This document shows positions 35,611 to 45,051 of a stretch of 64,000 nucleotides of DNA, in pieces. Within the stretch, counting starts at the first letter, position 1. Every line of letters begins with the position of its first letter. The position numbers and the translations under genes were made by a program. Below the pieces are notes generated by a model that was not told where the DNA came from, searched no databases, and worked only from the letters and a program-made list of their open reading frames with translations. This DNA is from Chloroflexota bacterium (lineage in GTDB: Bacteria; Chloroflexota; Dehalococcoidia; JAUQQI01): assembly GCA_040289115.1 (NCBI GenBank), contig PSKS01000006.1:11781-75780 (forward strand), read 5' to 3'.

Positions 35611-36786
35611 CTAAGCCGTCCGGCCACCGGCCAGCCCAAGGCCCAGGGCTAGCAGGCGGCAGGTCCGCTCGGTGGCGTCCTTTAAAAACTCGAAGGCCCG
35701 GGCCATCGCCTCGGTCTCGCCCACAGGTCCTGGCACGATGGGAACGACCGCCCCCACTCCCAGACGGTAGAGCTCTCCGTAGCCCGGCCCGAGCCGCCCC
35801 GTAAAGACCACTAGCGGCCGGCCGTGGGCCCGGGCCCGTTCGGCTAGTCGGGCCGGGGTCTTCCCGAACACGGTCGACCGGTCCACAGCCCCCTCCCCAG
35901 TGAAAACCAGGTCGGCCGCGGCCAGGCGGGCGTCGATCCCGACGGCTTCGAACACCACCTCCGCCCCCGGCCGGATGCGGACGTTGGGCAGAAGGAGGAG
36001 GCCAGCCCCCAGGCCCCCCGCCGCTCCGGCCCCGGGCACTTGGGCCACGTCCCTACCCAGGTCCCGGCGGACGACCTTTGCAAAGTGGGCCAGGGCCTCA
36101 TCCAGCAGGCCAACCATCTCAGGCGTCGCCCCCTTTTGGGGTCCGTAGACGGCAGCCGCCCCTTCCGGCCCGCAGAGGGGGTTGGTTACGTCCGACGCCA
36201 CGGTGATCTCAGCTTCCCCCAGGCGAGGGTCGAGGCCGGCGGGGTCAATGCGGTCCAGGCTTAGAAGTCCCTGACCCCCGGGCGGAATGGGTCGGCCGTC
36301 CCGGTCCAGGAGGGCCATGCCCAGGGCCTGGAGCATTCCGGCGCCCCCGTCATTCGTTGCACTCCCCCCGATGCCCACGATGAGCCGCCGGAACCCGGCA
36401 TCGAGGGCCGCCCGGATAAGCAGGCCGGTACCGTAGGTGGTAGTCACCAGCGGGTTTCGCTCCTCGGGCCGGAGGCGAGCCAGGCCCGAAGTCTGGGCCA
36501 TCTCCACCACGGCCGTCTGGCCGTCACCTAGCACCCCGATCTCGGCCTCGATGGGTCGGCCCAGGGGGTCGATGGTCTTTACCCGAAGCTTCCGGCCGCC
36601 CGTGGCCAGAACCAGAGCGTCCACGGTCCCATCACCCCCATCGGCCACAGGCGCCAGGTCTACCTCGGCTTCGGGCCAGACGGCACGAACCCCTTCAGCG
36701 ATGGCCCGGGCCGCCGCCAGGGGGGCCAGGGAACCTTTGAAGCCCTGGGGCGCCGCCAGCACCCTAATCGGACGCGACCCGACCAC
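35611..36786 (-). CDS. glxK: glycerate kinase
   Basis: Glycerate-kinase family pattern (IRVLAAPQGFKGSL..., LIVGIGGSATNDGGAGMLQALG), 391 aa. Confidence 0.8.
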   Translation of the reverse strand: MVGSRPIRVLAAPQGFKGSLAPLAAARAIAEGVRAVWPEAEVDLAPVADGGDGTVDALVLATGGRKLRVKTIDPLGRPIEAEIGVLGDGQTAVVEMAQTSGLARLRPEERNPLVTTTYGTGLLIRAALDAGFRRLIVGIGGSATNDGGAGMLQALGMALLDRDGRPIPPGGQGLLSLDRIDPAGLDPRLGEAEITVASDVTNPLCGPEGAAAVYGPQKGATPEMVGLLDEALAHFAKVVRRDLGRDVAQVPGAGAAGGLGAGLLLLPNVRIRPGAEVVFEAVGIDARLAAADLVFTGEGAVDRSTVFGKTPARLAERARAHGRPLVVFTGRLGPGYGELYRLGVGAVVPIVPGPVGETEAMARAFEFLKDATERTCRLLALGLGLAGGRTA

Positions 36787-37996
36787 GGAGGCCCCGCCAG
36801 AGGAGGTGGAAGGCGGTCAGAACGGCCCGGCGTCGGACTTCGGGCCGGCTCATCGGAACCACGAGCCGCTGATAAACGGCCTGCCCTGCTAAGTCGAGGC
36901 CCACAAAGGCGGCGCCGGGCGGCTCGCCCCATCCGCCCAGAGTCTCGTCGCCCACCGTGGCCAAGCCCACCTCCGCCCCGAACTGCTCCCGGGCAGCCGC
37001 CGCTAGCTTCAGGGCCAGGTTTCCGGGGCCGGCTTTCTGAAAAGCCTCGGGGTTAAAGCCAAGACGCGCCAGTTCCGCCGGGCCCGTCAGCACAAGGGCC
37101 CCGGCCAGCACGCCCCGGGCCTCCGGCGGCTCGGAAAGGGCGGCGGCCAGCAGGCCCCCGGTGAGTAGTTCGATGAGCCCCAGCCGCCAGCCCAGCGCCC
37201 GGAGGAGGCCCAGGATGGTCCCCTCCAGCGTATCATCGTCGGTGCCGTAGATGTCCGGTCCCAGCAGGGCCCGGATCTGGGCCTCCACCGGCTTAATCAG
37301 GGTCCAGGCGGCCTCGGGAGTACCGGCCTTGGCCGTGATGCGGATGTGGATGCCATCGGGCTTGGCGTAGGTCGCCACGGTGGGATTGGATGACCTTACC
37401 AGGGGCCGAATGACATCTTCAACCGCCGACTCCCCCCGTCCGACCACCTTAAGGGTTCGGGAGAGGATGGCGGCCGCCCCGGTAAGGCTCCGGAGCCGGG
37501 GCTTGACCTCATGCTCCCACATCCGGGTAAGCTCCCGGGGAACCCCCGGCATGGCGACGATGATGCGGCCGTCCTTCTCCACCCACCAACCCGGGGCGGT
37601 CCCAATGGGGTTGGGGATCGGCCGAGCCGATGGGATAAGCATCGCTTGGGTCAGGTTGCGGGGCGGCATCTCCAGACCCCGGGCCGCCCAAAAGGCCCGC
37701 TGGGCGGCCTCAAGCTCCGGGTCGATATAGAGGCTTTCACCCAGCACCCGGGCGATGGCATCCCGGGTCAGGTCGTCCTCCGTCGGCCCCAGCCCCCCAC
37801 TGAGGATTACCAGGTCCGACCGGCCCAGGGCTCTGGAAATCGCCTCGCTGAGCCGGTCCAGGTTGTCCCCAACCTGGCTGACCCAGTAAAGGTCGATGCC
37901 CAGCTCGGCCAGCTCCCGGGCCAGGTACGCCGAGTTGGTATCCACAATCTGCCCCAGGAGGAGCTCGGTTCCAACGGCGATGATCTCAGCCTTCAC
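36764..37996 (-). CDS. cinA: CinA-family competence/damage-inducible protein (NMN deamidase)
   Basis: MKAEIIAVGTELLLGQIVDTNSAYLA MoCF-binding N-domain plus CinA C-domain. Confidence 0.85.
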   Translation of the reverse strand: MKAEIIAVGTELLLGQIVDTNSAYLARELAELGIDLYWVSQVGDNLDRLSEAISRALGRSDLVILSGGLGPTEDDLTRDAIARVLGESLYIDPELEAAQRAFWAARGLEMPPRNLTQAMLIPSARPIPNPIGTAPGWWVEKDGRIIVAMPGVPRELTRMWEHEVKPRLRSLTGAAAILSRTLKVVGRGESAVEDVIRPLVRSSNPTVATYAKPDGIHIRITAKAGTPEAAWTLIKPVEAQIRALLGPDIYGTDDDTLEGTILGLLRALGWRLGLIELLTGGLLAAALSEPPEARGVLAGALVLTGPAELARLGFNPEAFQKAGPGNLALKLAAAAREQFGAEVGLATVGDETLGGWGEPPGAAFVGLDLAGQAVYQRLVVPMSRPEVRRRAVLTAFHLLWRGLRGRVASD

Positions 37997-38511
37997 CCGA
38001 AATTCCTCTGCCTGAGCCAGCTCCGCCAGGCCCGCCGGTGGCTTTCGAAAACCAGCATTTCCGGCGAAAGCTGCTCAGGGCGGACGAGCCGGACCGCCTC
38101 GGCGTCGTCGCCGGGTCTCGGCTGGCCGCCCCTTGCCTGAGCCCGGAAGAAGATTACAACCCCACTCCGGTCGGCGTCAACGAAGGAGCAAACGTCCACA
38201 ACCGGCCCCAGCTCCACCTCAAGGCCTGTCTCCTCCCAGGCCTCTCGCCGGGCCGCATCCTGGACGGTCTCGTCCGCGTCCACGTAGCCGGCCGGGAAGG
38301 CCCAACCGCCCTGCCCGGGCTCATACTTGCGCCGGACCAGCACGACCCTATCACCCAGCTCGATAATGCAGGCCGCTACTGGGACCGGGTTTAGATAGTG
38401 CACCCGCCCACAGGCCGGGCAAACCGGGCGCAGTTTCCCCTCAACCAAGGCCTCAGTTAGGGGCGCCCCACACTGGGAGCAAAAGCGCGGAGTCATCGGA
38501 GAAGTGAACAA
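37993..38511 (-). CDS. NUDIX hydrolase with N-terminal zinc ribbon
   Basis: CSQCG...CPACG ribbon. Nudix box GGWAFPAGYVDADETVQDAARREAWEETGL. Confidence 0.75.
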   Translation of the reverse strand: MFTSPMTPRFCSQCGAPLTEALVEGKLRPVCPACGRVHYLNPVPVAACIIELGDRVVLVRRKYEPGQGGWAFPAGYVDADETVQDAARREAWEETGLEVELGPVVDVCSFVDADRSGVVIFFRAQARGGQPRPGDDAEAVRLVRPEQLSPEMLVFESHRRAWRSWLRQRNFG

Positions 38512-38566
38512 AAGGGCGCACTGCGCTTACAGCACGCCCGCAAGGTCGGTGCCGACGGGTTGAGGG

Positions 38567-38923
38567 CTAGCGGCAGCGTCCGGAGTGGACCTTGCCCTGC
38601 TCGGTGGAGAATGAGTGGCCGCAGGCGCAGGTGGAGACGGCGTTCGGGTTGTTGATGGTGAAGCCCGAGCCCATCAGGCCGTCAATGTAGTCAATTTCAG
38701 CCCCCTTAAGGTACTGGGCACTTAAGGGGTCGATGACCACCTTGAGGCCGTCGGCCTCAACGACGTAATCATCCTCCTCGATGGTGTCGTCAAAGACCAT
38801 GCCATAGGAGAACCCGGCGCAGCCCCCGCCGGTGATGAAGATCCGCAAGGCATAATCCTGCTTTGCCTCCTTCTCCAGGAGGCTCCTGACCTTGTTAATG
38901 GCATCTGGCGTCAGAGTGACCAT
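38567..38923 (-). CDS. HesB/IscA/ErpA-family iron-sulfur cluster insertion protein
   Basis: RIFITGGGCAGFSY and C-terminal CACGHSF cysteine motifs. ATG at 38923. Confidence 0.75.
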   Translation of the reverse strand: MVTLTPDAINKVRSLLEKEAKQDYALRIFITGGGCAGFSYGMVFDDTIEEDDYVVEADGLKVVIDPLSAQYLKGAEIDYIDGLMGSGFTINNPNAVSTCACGHSFSTEQGKVHSGRCR

Positions 38924-38962
38924 GTTAGGACCCCTCCTCAAGCCTAGGCGCTGTTAGCATTA

Positions 38963-40144
38963 TTATAGCACACTTCCGGCCGCTAGGGCACCGGCCGCCC
39001 GGAGGCGGCCCACCAGGTCCGGCAAAACCTGCAGCACGTAGTCAACATCCGCATCGGAGTTGGCCGGCCCCAGGGTCAGCCGCAGAGTGCCCCGGGTCCA
39101 GGTCGGCCCGAGCCCCATGGCTACGAGCACATGGGAGGGCTCGGCCGAACCGGTAGTGCAGGCGCTCCCGCTGGAGGCGCAGATTCCGGCCAGGTCAAGC
39201 CCGGCCAGCAGCGCCTCGGAATCGACCCCCTCGAAGGAGAAGTGGGCGTTGTTAGCCAGCCGCTCCGTCGGGTGACCATTGAGCCTGGAACCCGGCACCC
39301 CGGCGAGCACCCCCTCGATTAAGCGGTCCCGGAGGCGGCGGCAGTGAGCCGCGTGGGCCGGCCGGTTCGCCTCGGCCAGCTCCAGAGCCACCGCCATCCC
39401 CACAATGCCGGCCACGTTTTCGGTCCCGGCCCGGCGGTTGCGCTCCTGGTTGCCGCCCACGATCAGGGGGCTGAAGGGGGTCCCCCGGCGGATGTAAAGC
39501 AACCCCACCCCCTTGGGACCGAAGAACTTGTGGGCCGAAAGGGACAACATGTCCACCCCGAGGCGGCCCACGTCCAGCTCCAGGAGGCCGGCGGCCTGGA
39601 CGGCATCGGTGTGGACCACCACCGTCGGATTTACCCGCTTCACCGCCCGGGCTACCTCTGCCACCGGCTGGATGGTTCCCACCTCGTTGTTAGCGTACAT
39701 TACCGAGACCAGGATAGTCCGGTCGGTCACGGCCCGGGCCACGTCATCGGGGTCGACCCGGCCGTGGCTATCCACCGGCACGTAGGTTACCTGGAAGCCC
39801 TCCCGCTCCAACTCCTGGCAAGCGTGGAGGACAGCGTGATGTTCGACGGCCGAGGTAATGATGTGGTTGCCGCATGGCCGGCAGGCCCGGGCCACGCCCC
39901 GGATCGCGGTATTATCGGACTCACTGCCGCCGCTGGTGAAAACCACCTCCGAGGGGCGGCAGCCCAGAACGGCGGCGATCCGGGCGCGGGCGTCCTCCAG
40001 GGCACGCTGAGCCTCCTGGGCCAGGGCGTGAACCCCGGAGGGGTTCCCGTACTTCTCGGTAAAGTACGGCAGCATCGCCTCCAAAACCCGCGGGTGCACG
40101 GGGGTAGTGGCGGCGTGGTCCAGGTAGATATGGCGGCTTTTCAT
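38963..40144 (-). CDS. cysteine desulfurase (NifS/IscS class)
   Basis: [15 protein letters not shown]..., PLP-Lys region [17 protein letters not shown], active-site Cys loop SGSACT. Confidence 0.85.
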   Translation of the reverse strand: MKSRHIYLDHAATTPVHPRVLEAMLPYFTEKYGNPSGVHALAQEAQRALEDARARIAAVLGCRPSEVVFTSGGSESDNTAIRGVARACRPCGNHIITSAVEHHAVLHACQELEREGFQVTYVPVDSHGRVDPDDVARAVTDRTILVSVMYANNEVGTIQPVAEVARAVKRVNPTVVVHTDAVQAAGLLELDVGRLGVDMLSLSAHKFFGPKGVGLLYIRRGTPFSPLIVGGNQERNRRAGTENVAGIVGMAVALELAEANRPAHAAHCRRLRDRLIEGVLAGVPGSRLNGHPTERLANNAHFSFEGVDSEALLAGLDLAGICASSGSACTTGSAEPSHVLVAMGLGPTWTRGTLRLTLGPANSDADVDYVLQVLPDLVGRLRAAGALAAGSVL

Positions 40145-40340
40145 CCGGGCTCACCAATTCCCAGTATATGGCCGGGAACTGGCGGCGGTCAAACCGGTGT
40201 ATGGGTTCAACACATCTGGAACAGGGGGCACCCTTTCCGGATGCTCGGCTTTAAGATAGCCAATGGGGCGGCCGCTAAAGGCGGCCCGGCAGGGCCGAAC
40301 GGCGCTCTGGGTAACCTCCCAGGCCCGCAAACTTGACGAC

Positions 40341-40371
40341 TTTGACATAAACGCTTCGCGTTTATGTCAAA
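40341..40371. promoter_or_regulatory. 14-bp perfect palindrome with 3-nt spacer (TTTGACATAAACGC-ttc-GCGTTTATGTCAAA), candidate operator upstream of the nifS-hesB genes
   Basis: Exact inverted repeat in an unusually AT-rich ~500-nt non-coding stretch. Each half-site contains TTGACA. Confidence 0.35.
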
Positions 40372-40656
40372 TCTGAGATCTACCCTCGGAAGGATGTCCC
40401 TTGGTGTTTTTAAGTCAAGGTCTCGGCTGCCGGCCTGGCTCGGCCGCTGTCTCAAATGTTCCTACACAACCCGGACGGCAGGCTCCCGTGCAGAGCAACC
40501 ATTAAACCGTATGACCGCACGGCCATAAGCTATTACAAACGATTACTCTGTAGCAAGTAGGCGAAAAACAAGCAAGCCCGGGGCGGGTGTCCAGGTTTAC
40601 CATGTGTGGGCGCGGCCGCGCCGGCCCAAGCCGAGCTGAGACCGAAAATCGGGCCC

Positions 40657-41401
40657 CTAAAAGGGTCCTTTGATTTCTAGGGCCCAGGACCTGGGCCCTC
40701 GGGTGTCCTTCGCCTCATTAAGACACTTGAGTCGGTAACCCACACCCGAAATGCCTGTAATTTCGATGCCCGCCGTTAGCCCCAACTGCTGGAGTTTCGC
40801 CCGGATGTGGCTGATGTGGGTCCTCAAAAGGCCGCTGTCGTTTTCGTTGTAGCCCCAGCTGTACTCAACCAGCCGGGAGACGCTCACCACCCGGCCCTCG
40901 TTAATGGCCAGAATATGCAGAAGCTTAAATTCCGTCGGCGTAAGCCGCACGCTCCGGTTACCCACCCCCAACTCGTGGGAATCCAGGTCAAGGCTGGCCT
41001 CCCCCAACCACAACACCCGCCCCGGGCTCGCATTCGAGGCCAGCCCGCCCCGCCGGGTAACGGCCCGAATGCGAGCCGTGAGCTGCCGAGGACTGAAAGG
41101 CTTGGTGATAAAATCATCGGCCCCAAGGTTAAAAGCCTTAAGGATGGTTTCCTCGTCATTCAGGACCGTGAGAACGATAACGGGTATATTATTCCGCCTC
41201 CCGAATTCGCTTGAGCACCTCCAGCCCGTTTCCTTGCTGCAGCCGGATCTCCAGCAGAACTACATCGGGCCGGCTAGCCTTGAACCGCTGGACGGCCTGC
41301 TGCCCGTCGACGGCAATCTGAACGTTGAAGCCTTCCCGCCGCAGGGCGTAGCCGATAACGTCCACGAGGTCAACATCGTCGTCAATGACCAGCACCTTCA
41401 T
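40657..41401 (-). pseudogene. OmpR-family response regulator disrupted by a +1 frameshift in a G-run; phospho-acceptor Asp replaced by Glu
   Basis: Receiver (MKVLVIDDDVDLV...) stops after ...RIREAE. In the +1 frame the sequence continues RRNNIPVIVLTVLNDEETILKAFNLGADDFITKPFSPRQLTARIRAV into the winged-helix domain (LTPTEFKLLHIL...GVGYRL). Removing one g from ggg at 41200-41202 restores a single ORF. The normal DxxLP site reads LLEIRL. Confidence 0.6.
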
Positions 41402-41404
41402 ACT

Positions 41405-42147
41405 TTACTCCTCACCATCGAAGTCTTCCGCCACCAGTCCTACCCGGAAGGTGGTGTAACTCCCCCGTCCCACCGTCGTCCCAACCTCGCCCCCCGTGAA
41501 GGGCGGCCAGCAGGCGAACTACCTGAAGCCCGAGGCCCATCCGCTCCCAAGGTTCGGCTTCCGGTGAACCTTCCGGTTCGGTCCCGGGCTAGCCCCCTGG
41601 TCGGTTATGCTCAGTCCGACCCGGCCGCGGCATTTTGCGAGCTCCACTACGATGACGTTCCCCGGCGGCTCGTGGTGGGTCGCGTTGCTTAGAAGGTTCA
41701 GCAAGGATGTGCCTGAGCCACCGGGCATCCCCAACCACCTGCGGGGGCGGCTTCGAACAGCGGAACTTGACCTAATGACTCCCGCGCCGAGGGGAGAGAC
41801 CAACCAAATGGCGGTCTGAACCCAGTCGCCGGCAACAAGCGGCTGGAGGGCAAAGTTGGGCTGCAGAAGGGCGCAAGCGGCAAGGAAGTCGGTCAACCTT
41901 TCCAGCCAACGAATGCCATCATAGACCGTACTTATAGACAACGTCTGGGGGTTCAAACCCGGCGGGTTCGGCCAGCAGTTCGGTGGCCGCCTTTAGGGTG
42001 CTGAGAACTCCGTGCATATCGTGGGCCAGGGCGACGAAAAGGTCGAGGACCAGGGTTGCAGCCACTCGGACCGGGTGCCCGCACCCCTATCCGCCTGGGC
42101 CCGGCGAGGTTAGAATATGTGGTCAACGACACCTCCTCCGTGACAAG
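41405..42147 (-). pseudogene. histidine kinase remnant lacking a sensor domain, with its motifs spread over at least three reading frames
   Basis: H-box LDLFVALAHDMHGVLSTLK in one frame, ending in a stop. N-box SLLNLLSNATHHEPPGNVIVVEL...VGLSITDQG in a second frame. G2-box MGLGLQVVRLLAALHGG in a third. Confidence 0.5.
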
Positions 42148-42354
42148 TTAAAGTTAATTGACCCGCTCGGAAATTGCGATTGTAGTAAAGTAAGACTTCG
42201 CAGGCTCGGCTCGAAGCGTGCCTTAAGCGGTTACAGGTCTCGCACCAATCCGCTTGGGGCCTGCCAGGGGGTGCCCGCTGGGCCCTTTAAAACTTTTTCC
42301 GCATCACTTATATAGGATTTTCGCAAATAAGTCAATAGCAATCCACCGAGCGGT

Positions 42355-42384
42355 TTGACAGGGATTCCCCGCCTCGAATAGAAT
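42355..42384 (+). promoter_or_regulatory. sigma70-like promoter (TTGACA-18 nt-TAGAAT) for the trm112-like gene
   Basis: -35 at 42355-42360, -10 at 42379-42384, in an AT-rich intergenic region. Confidence 0.4.
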
Positions 42385-42418
42385 CCGTCTGTAGACAACC
42401 CGGTGAGAGGGCCGGCCG

Positions 42419-42598
42419 ATGAAGCGTGACCTTATGGAAATCCTCGCCTGCCCGGTGTGTAAGGGCGACCTGGAGCTCAGGGTGGAGCAGGAGGACGAAA
42501 AGGAGGTTATTAAAGGTTCCCTTTACTGCAAAAACTGCAACGAAACCTACCCCATCGAGGACGGCATTCCAAACCTCCTGCCCCCGAACCTGCGCTGA
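42419..42598 (+). CDS. Trm112/YcaR-family small zinc-ribbon protein (59 aa)
   Basis: MKRDLMEILACPVCKGDLELRVEQ...GSLYCKNCNETYPIEDGIPNLL is the Trm112 (DUF343) signature. Below the 60-aa ORF-track cutoff. The overlapping listed ORF 42426-42755 is in another frame and looks spurious. Confidence 0.6.
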   Translation: MKRDLMEILACPVCKGDLELRVEQEDEKEVIKGSLYCKNCNETYPIEDGIPNLLPPNLR

Positions 42599-42610
42599 GG
42601 TGGCGTTCGC

Positions 42611-42856
42611 ATGCAAGGGTCCAGGGTTGTCGGGGCCGCCCTGGTCATCCTGGCCGTCGTCGTGGCCACCCTATATATCTGGGGGCTCACCCTCCAGAGC
42701 TACTGGGCCCTGGCGGCCGTGGTCACCGTCGGTCTTTTCGCCGTCCTGGGTTTGATGGTCTGGGTCGGCATCACCCTGCTCACGGCCAAAATCGAGCTTC
42801 CGGAGCCGGCCAAGCCCGAGGCGAACCGGGGGCCGGCCTCCGGTTCGGAACATTAG
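42611..42856 (+). CDS. small two-TM membrane protein
   Basis: 81 aa with two clear hydrophobic helices (VVGAALVILAVVVATLYIW, AAVVTVGLFAVLGLMVWVGITLL). Sits between trm112 and hisZ. Confidence 0.4.
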   Translation: MQGSRVVGAALVILAVVVATLYIWGLTLQSYWALAAVVTVGLFAVLGLMVWVGITLLTAKIELPEPAKPEANRGPASGSEH

Positions 42857-42882
42857 GGCCCGAAGCCTGTTCCGATATCCCG

Positions 42883-44031
42883 ATGGTATCCGCCGATTGG
42901 TTGCCCACTCAGTTTAAGCGGCGCCGGGCCCTTGAAGACCGGCTTGCGGCCGTCTTCGAGGGGGCCGGTTACCTGGGCATCGACGTCCCCATCGTCGAGC
43001 CGGCCGAACTTTACTTGCGCAAGTTTGGGGGCCAGGCCCTGGCCCGAATCGTCACCTTCACCGATGGGACCGGCCGGCGGTTCTCCGTCCGGCCCGAGTT
43101 TACGGCCTCCGTCGTCCGCATCCTGACGGAGCGGTTGCCGGGTTTGCCCATACGCTGGTACTACTCCGGACCTGTCCTTCGCCTGGGTCCCGACGGCCGG
43201 GCAGCCCAGTTTCATCAGGCCGGGGTCGAGCTTATCGGGGTGAGCGAACCCGAGGGCGACGCTGAGGTTCTCGGGCTGACCGGTCAGGCCCTGGCCGAAG
43301 TTGGGGTTCTGGGCTTTGAACTTAAGCTTAACCACCTGGGCATCATTCTGGGCCTCCTCGACCGGCTCGGCCTTTCGGAACCCTTAAGCACGCTTGTTAT
43401 CGCGGGCCTGAATGAGGTGACGGCCGGCAATCTGCCGCCAGAACTGCGCCGTTACTTAGAAGAGCTAACGGAGACTGAAGAATCCGACGGCCTCAGAGAC
43501 CTGCTGGCCGCCGTCGGCCCGGACGGAGCCCGGAGGCTGGTCCTTTCGGTGCTGAAAAATATTGCCGCCCCGGGCCGGACCGGCCGCCGGGACCTGGAGG
43601 CCATCGCCGACCGGCTGGTCCGGCGGCTCCACTTGGCCGACGAGCTTGCCGCCCTCGAAACGGCCATCGAGTTTGCCCGCCGGCTCCAACCCCTGCGGGG
43701 TCCGGCCACCGAGGTTTTGCCGGCCGCCCGGAACCTACTGGCCGAGTACGGCCTTGAGCCGGGGCCTTTAGACCGACTGTGGGAGCTCACGGTCCGGCTC
43801 GGTCCCGTCCTCGCCGACCGAGGCCGGGTGGTCCTGGACCTGGGGTTTGGCCGGGGACTGGGCTACTATTCCGGCCTGATTTTCGAGGCCGTCCTCCCCG
43901 GCACCCCGGAGGTGCAGCTCGGGGGCGGAGGCCGCTACGACGGCCTCATCGCCGAGCTTGGCGGACCGCCCGTCCCGGCCATTGGCTTCAGTTTGACCCT
44001 TGAGCACCTCATTTCCGTCAGTGGACCCTAG
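42883..44031 (+). CDS. hisZ: ATP phosphoribosyltransferase regulatory subunit (HisRS paralog)
   Basis: Class-II aaRS-like catalytic core (RWYYSGPVLR, FHQAGVELIG) without an anticodon-binding domain, directly upstream of hisG. Confidence 0.85.
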   Translation: MVSADWLPTQFKRRRALEDRLAAVFEGAGYLGIDVPIVEPAELYLRKFGGQALARIVTFTDGTGRRFSVRPEFTASVVRILTERLPGLPIRWYYSGPVLRLGPDGRAAQFHQAGVELIGVSEPEGDAEVLGLTGQALAEVGVLGFELKLNHLGIILGLLDRLGLSEPLSTLVIAGLNEVTAGNLPPELRRYLEELTETEESDGLRDLLAAVGPDGARRLVLSVLKNIAAPGRTGRRDLEAIADRLVRRLHLADELAALETAIEFARRLQPLRGPATEVLPAARNLLAEYGLEPGPLDRLWELTVRLGPVLADRGRVVLDLGFGRGLGYYSGLIFEAVLPGTPEVQLGGGGRYDGLIAELGGPPVPAIGFSLTLEHLISVSGP

Positions 44032-44036
44032 AAACC

Positions 44037-45047
44037 GTGGAATCGGTCCGACTGGTCATCCCCTCTAAGGGTGAACTGGAAGAGCCGACTTTGAGCTTTC
44101 TGGCCGAGGCTGGCCTGGCGGTTGACCGGGTCAGCCCGAGGCAGTATGTGGCGAAGATCGGGGCGGTGGAAGGGCTAGAAGTGCTATTCCAGCGGGCCTG
44201 GGACATCCCCGAAAAGGTGGCCTCCGGGACGGCCGACCTGGGCATCACCGGCTACGACGTGGTGGCCGAGCAGGCGGCCGACACCCCAGACCTAGTGGTG
44301 GCGATGCCCAACCTGGGCTACGGCCGGGGCGACCTGGTGGTCGCCGTTCCCGACGTCTGGGTCGACGTCAGGTCCATGCGGGACCTGGCCGAGGTGGCCG
44401 TGGAGTTCAGGGCCCGGGGGCAGGTTCTCAGGGTGGTAACCCGCTACCCCCGGCTCACCCAGCGGTTCTTGCTGGCCAACGGCATCGGCCACTTCACCCT
44501 TGTGGCAGCCCAGGGGGCCATCGAGGCCGCCCCGGCTATCGGCTACGGCGACATCGTCGCCGACCTGACCAGCTCCGGTACGACCCTGCGGGAGAACCAC
44601 CTTAAAACCATCGCCGGGGGCACCATCCTCCGGACTGAGGCCTGCCTGATCGCCAATCGGCGGCGGCTCAAGGCCAATCCCGACCGCCTGGAGGTTGTCC
44701 GGCGGTTCCTGGAGCTCATCGAGGCCCGCCTCCGGGCGGCGGGATTCTATTCGGTCACCGGCAACGTACCGGGGGACTCGGCCGAGTCGGTAGCCCAGGC
44801 CGTCATCAGCCGGCCGGAGCTTTCCGGAATCGAGGGTCCGACGGTCTCGCCCGTTTACAGCAAATCGGGCCCCGTCAATGGCTGGTACGCGGTGACGGTA
44901 GTGGTGCCGGTGCGGCAGATGCAGGCGGCGGTGGACCACCTGCGGCGGCTGGGGGGAAGCGGTATCACCGTAATCCCGATAAAATATGTATTTGAGCCCG
45001 GCTGTGAAGCCTTTGAGCGGCTGACCAAAACCCTCGCTCAGGACTGA
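44037..45047 (+). CDS. hisG: ATP phosphoribosyltransferase, long form with C-terminal regulatory domain
   Basis: Catalytic LVIPSKGEL..., DLGITGYD..., LTSSGTTLREN pattern plus a ~90-aa C-terminal HisG_C-like domain. 336 aa. Confidence 0.85.
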   Translation: MESVRLVIPSKGELEEPTLSFLAEAGLAVDRVSPRQYVAKIGAVEGLEVLFQRAWDIPEKVASGTADLGITGYDVVAEQAADTPDLVVAMPNLGYGRGDLVVAVPDVWVDVRSMRDLAEVAVEFRARGQVLRVVTRYPRLTQRFLLANGIGHFTLVAAQGAIEAAPAIGYGDIVADLTSSGTTLRENHLKTIAGGTILRTEACLIANRRRLKANPDRLEVVRRFLELIEARLRAAGFYSVTGNVPGDSAESVAQAVISRPELSGIEGPTVSPVYSKSGPVNGWYAVTVVVPVRQMQAAVDHLRRLGGSGITVIPIKYVFEPGCEAFERLTKTLAQD

Positions 45048-45051
45048 CCCG

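Noticed and set aside
40680-40700. gggcccagg-a-cctgggccc palindrome
   Set aside because: It lies inside the 3' coding tail of the response-regulator pseudogene. It is probably incidental, or at most a weak terminator hairpin, with no T-run.
42426-42755. Listed 109-aa ORF overlapping the trm112-like region
   Set aside because: Arg/Ser/Pro-rich with no motifs. The +1 frame encodes a clean 59-aa Trm112-type zinc ribbon with a promoter and SD.
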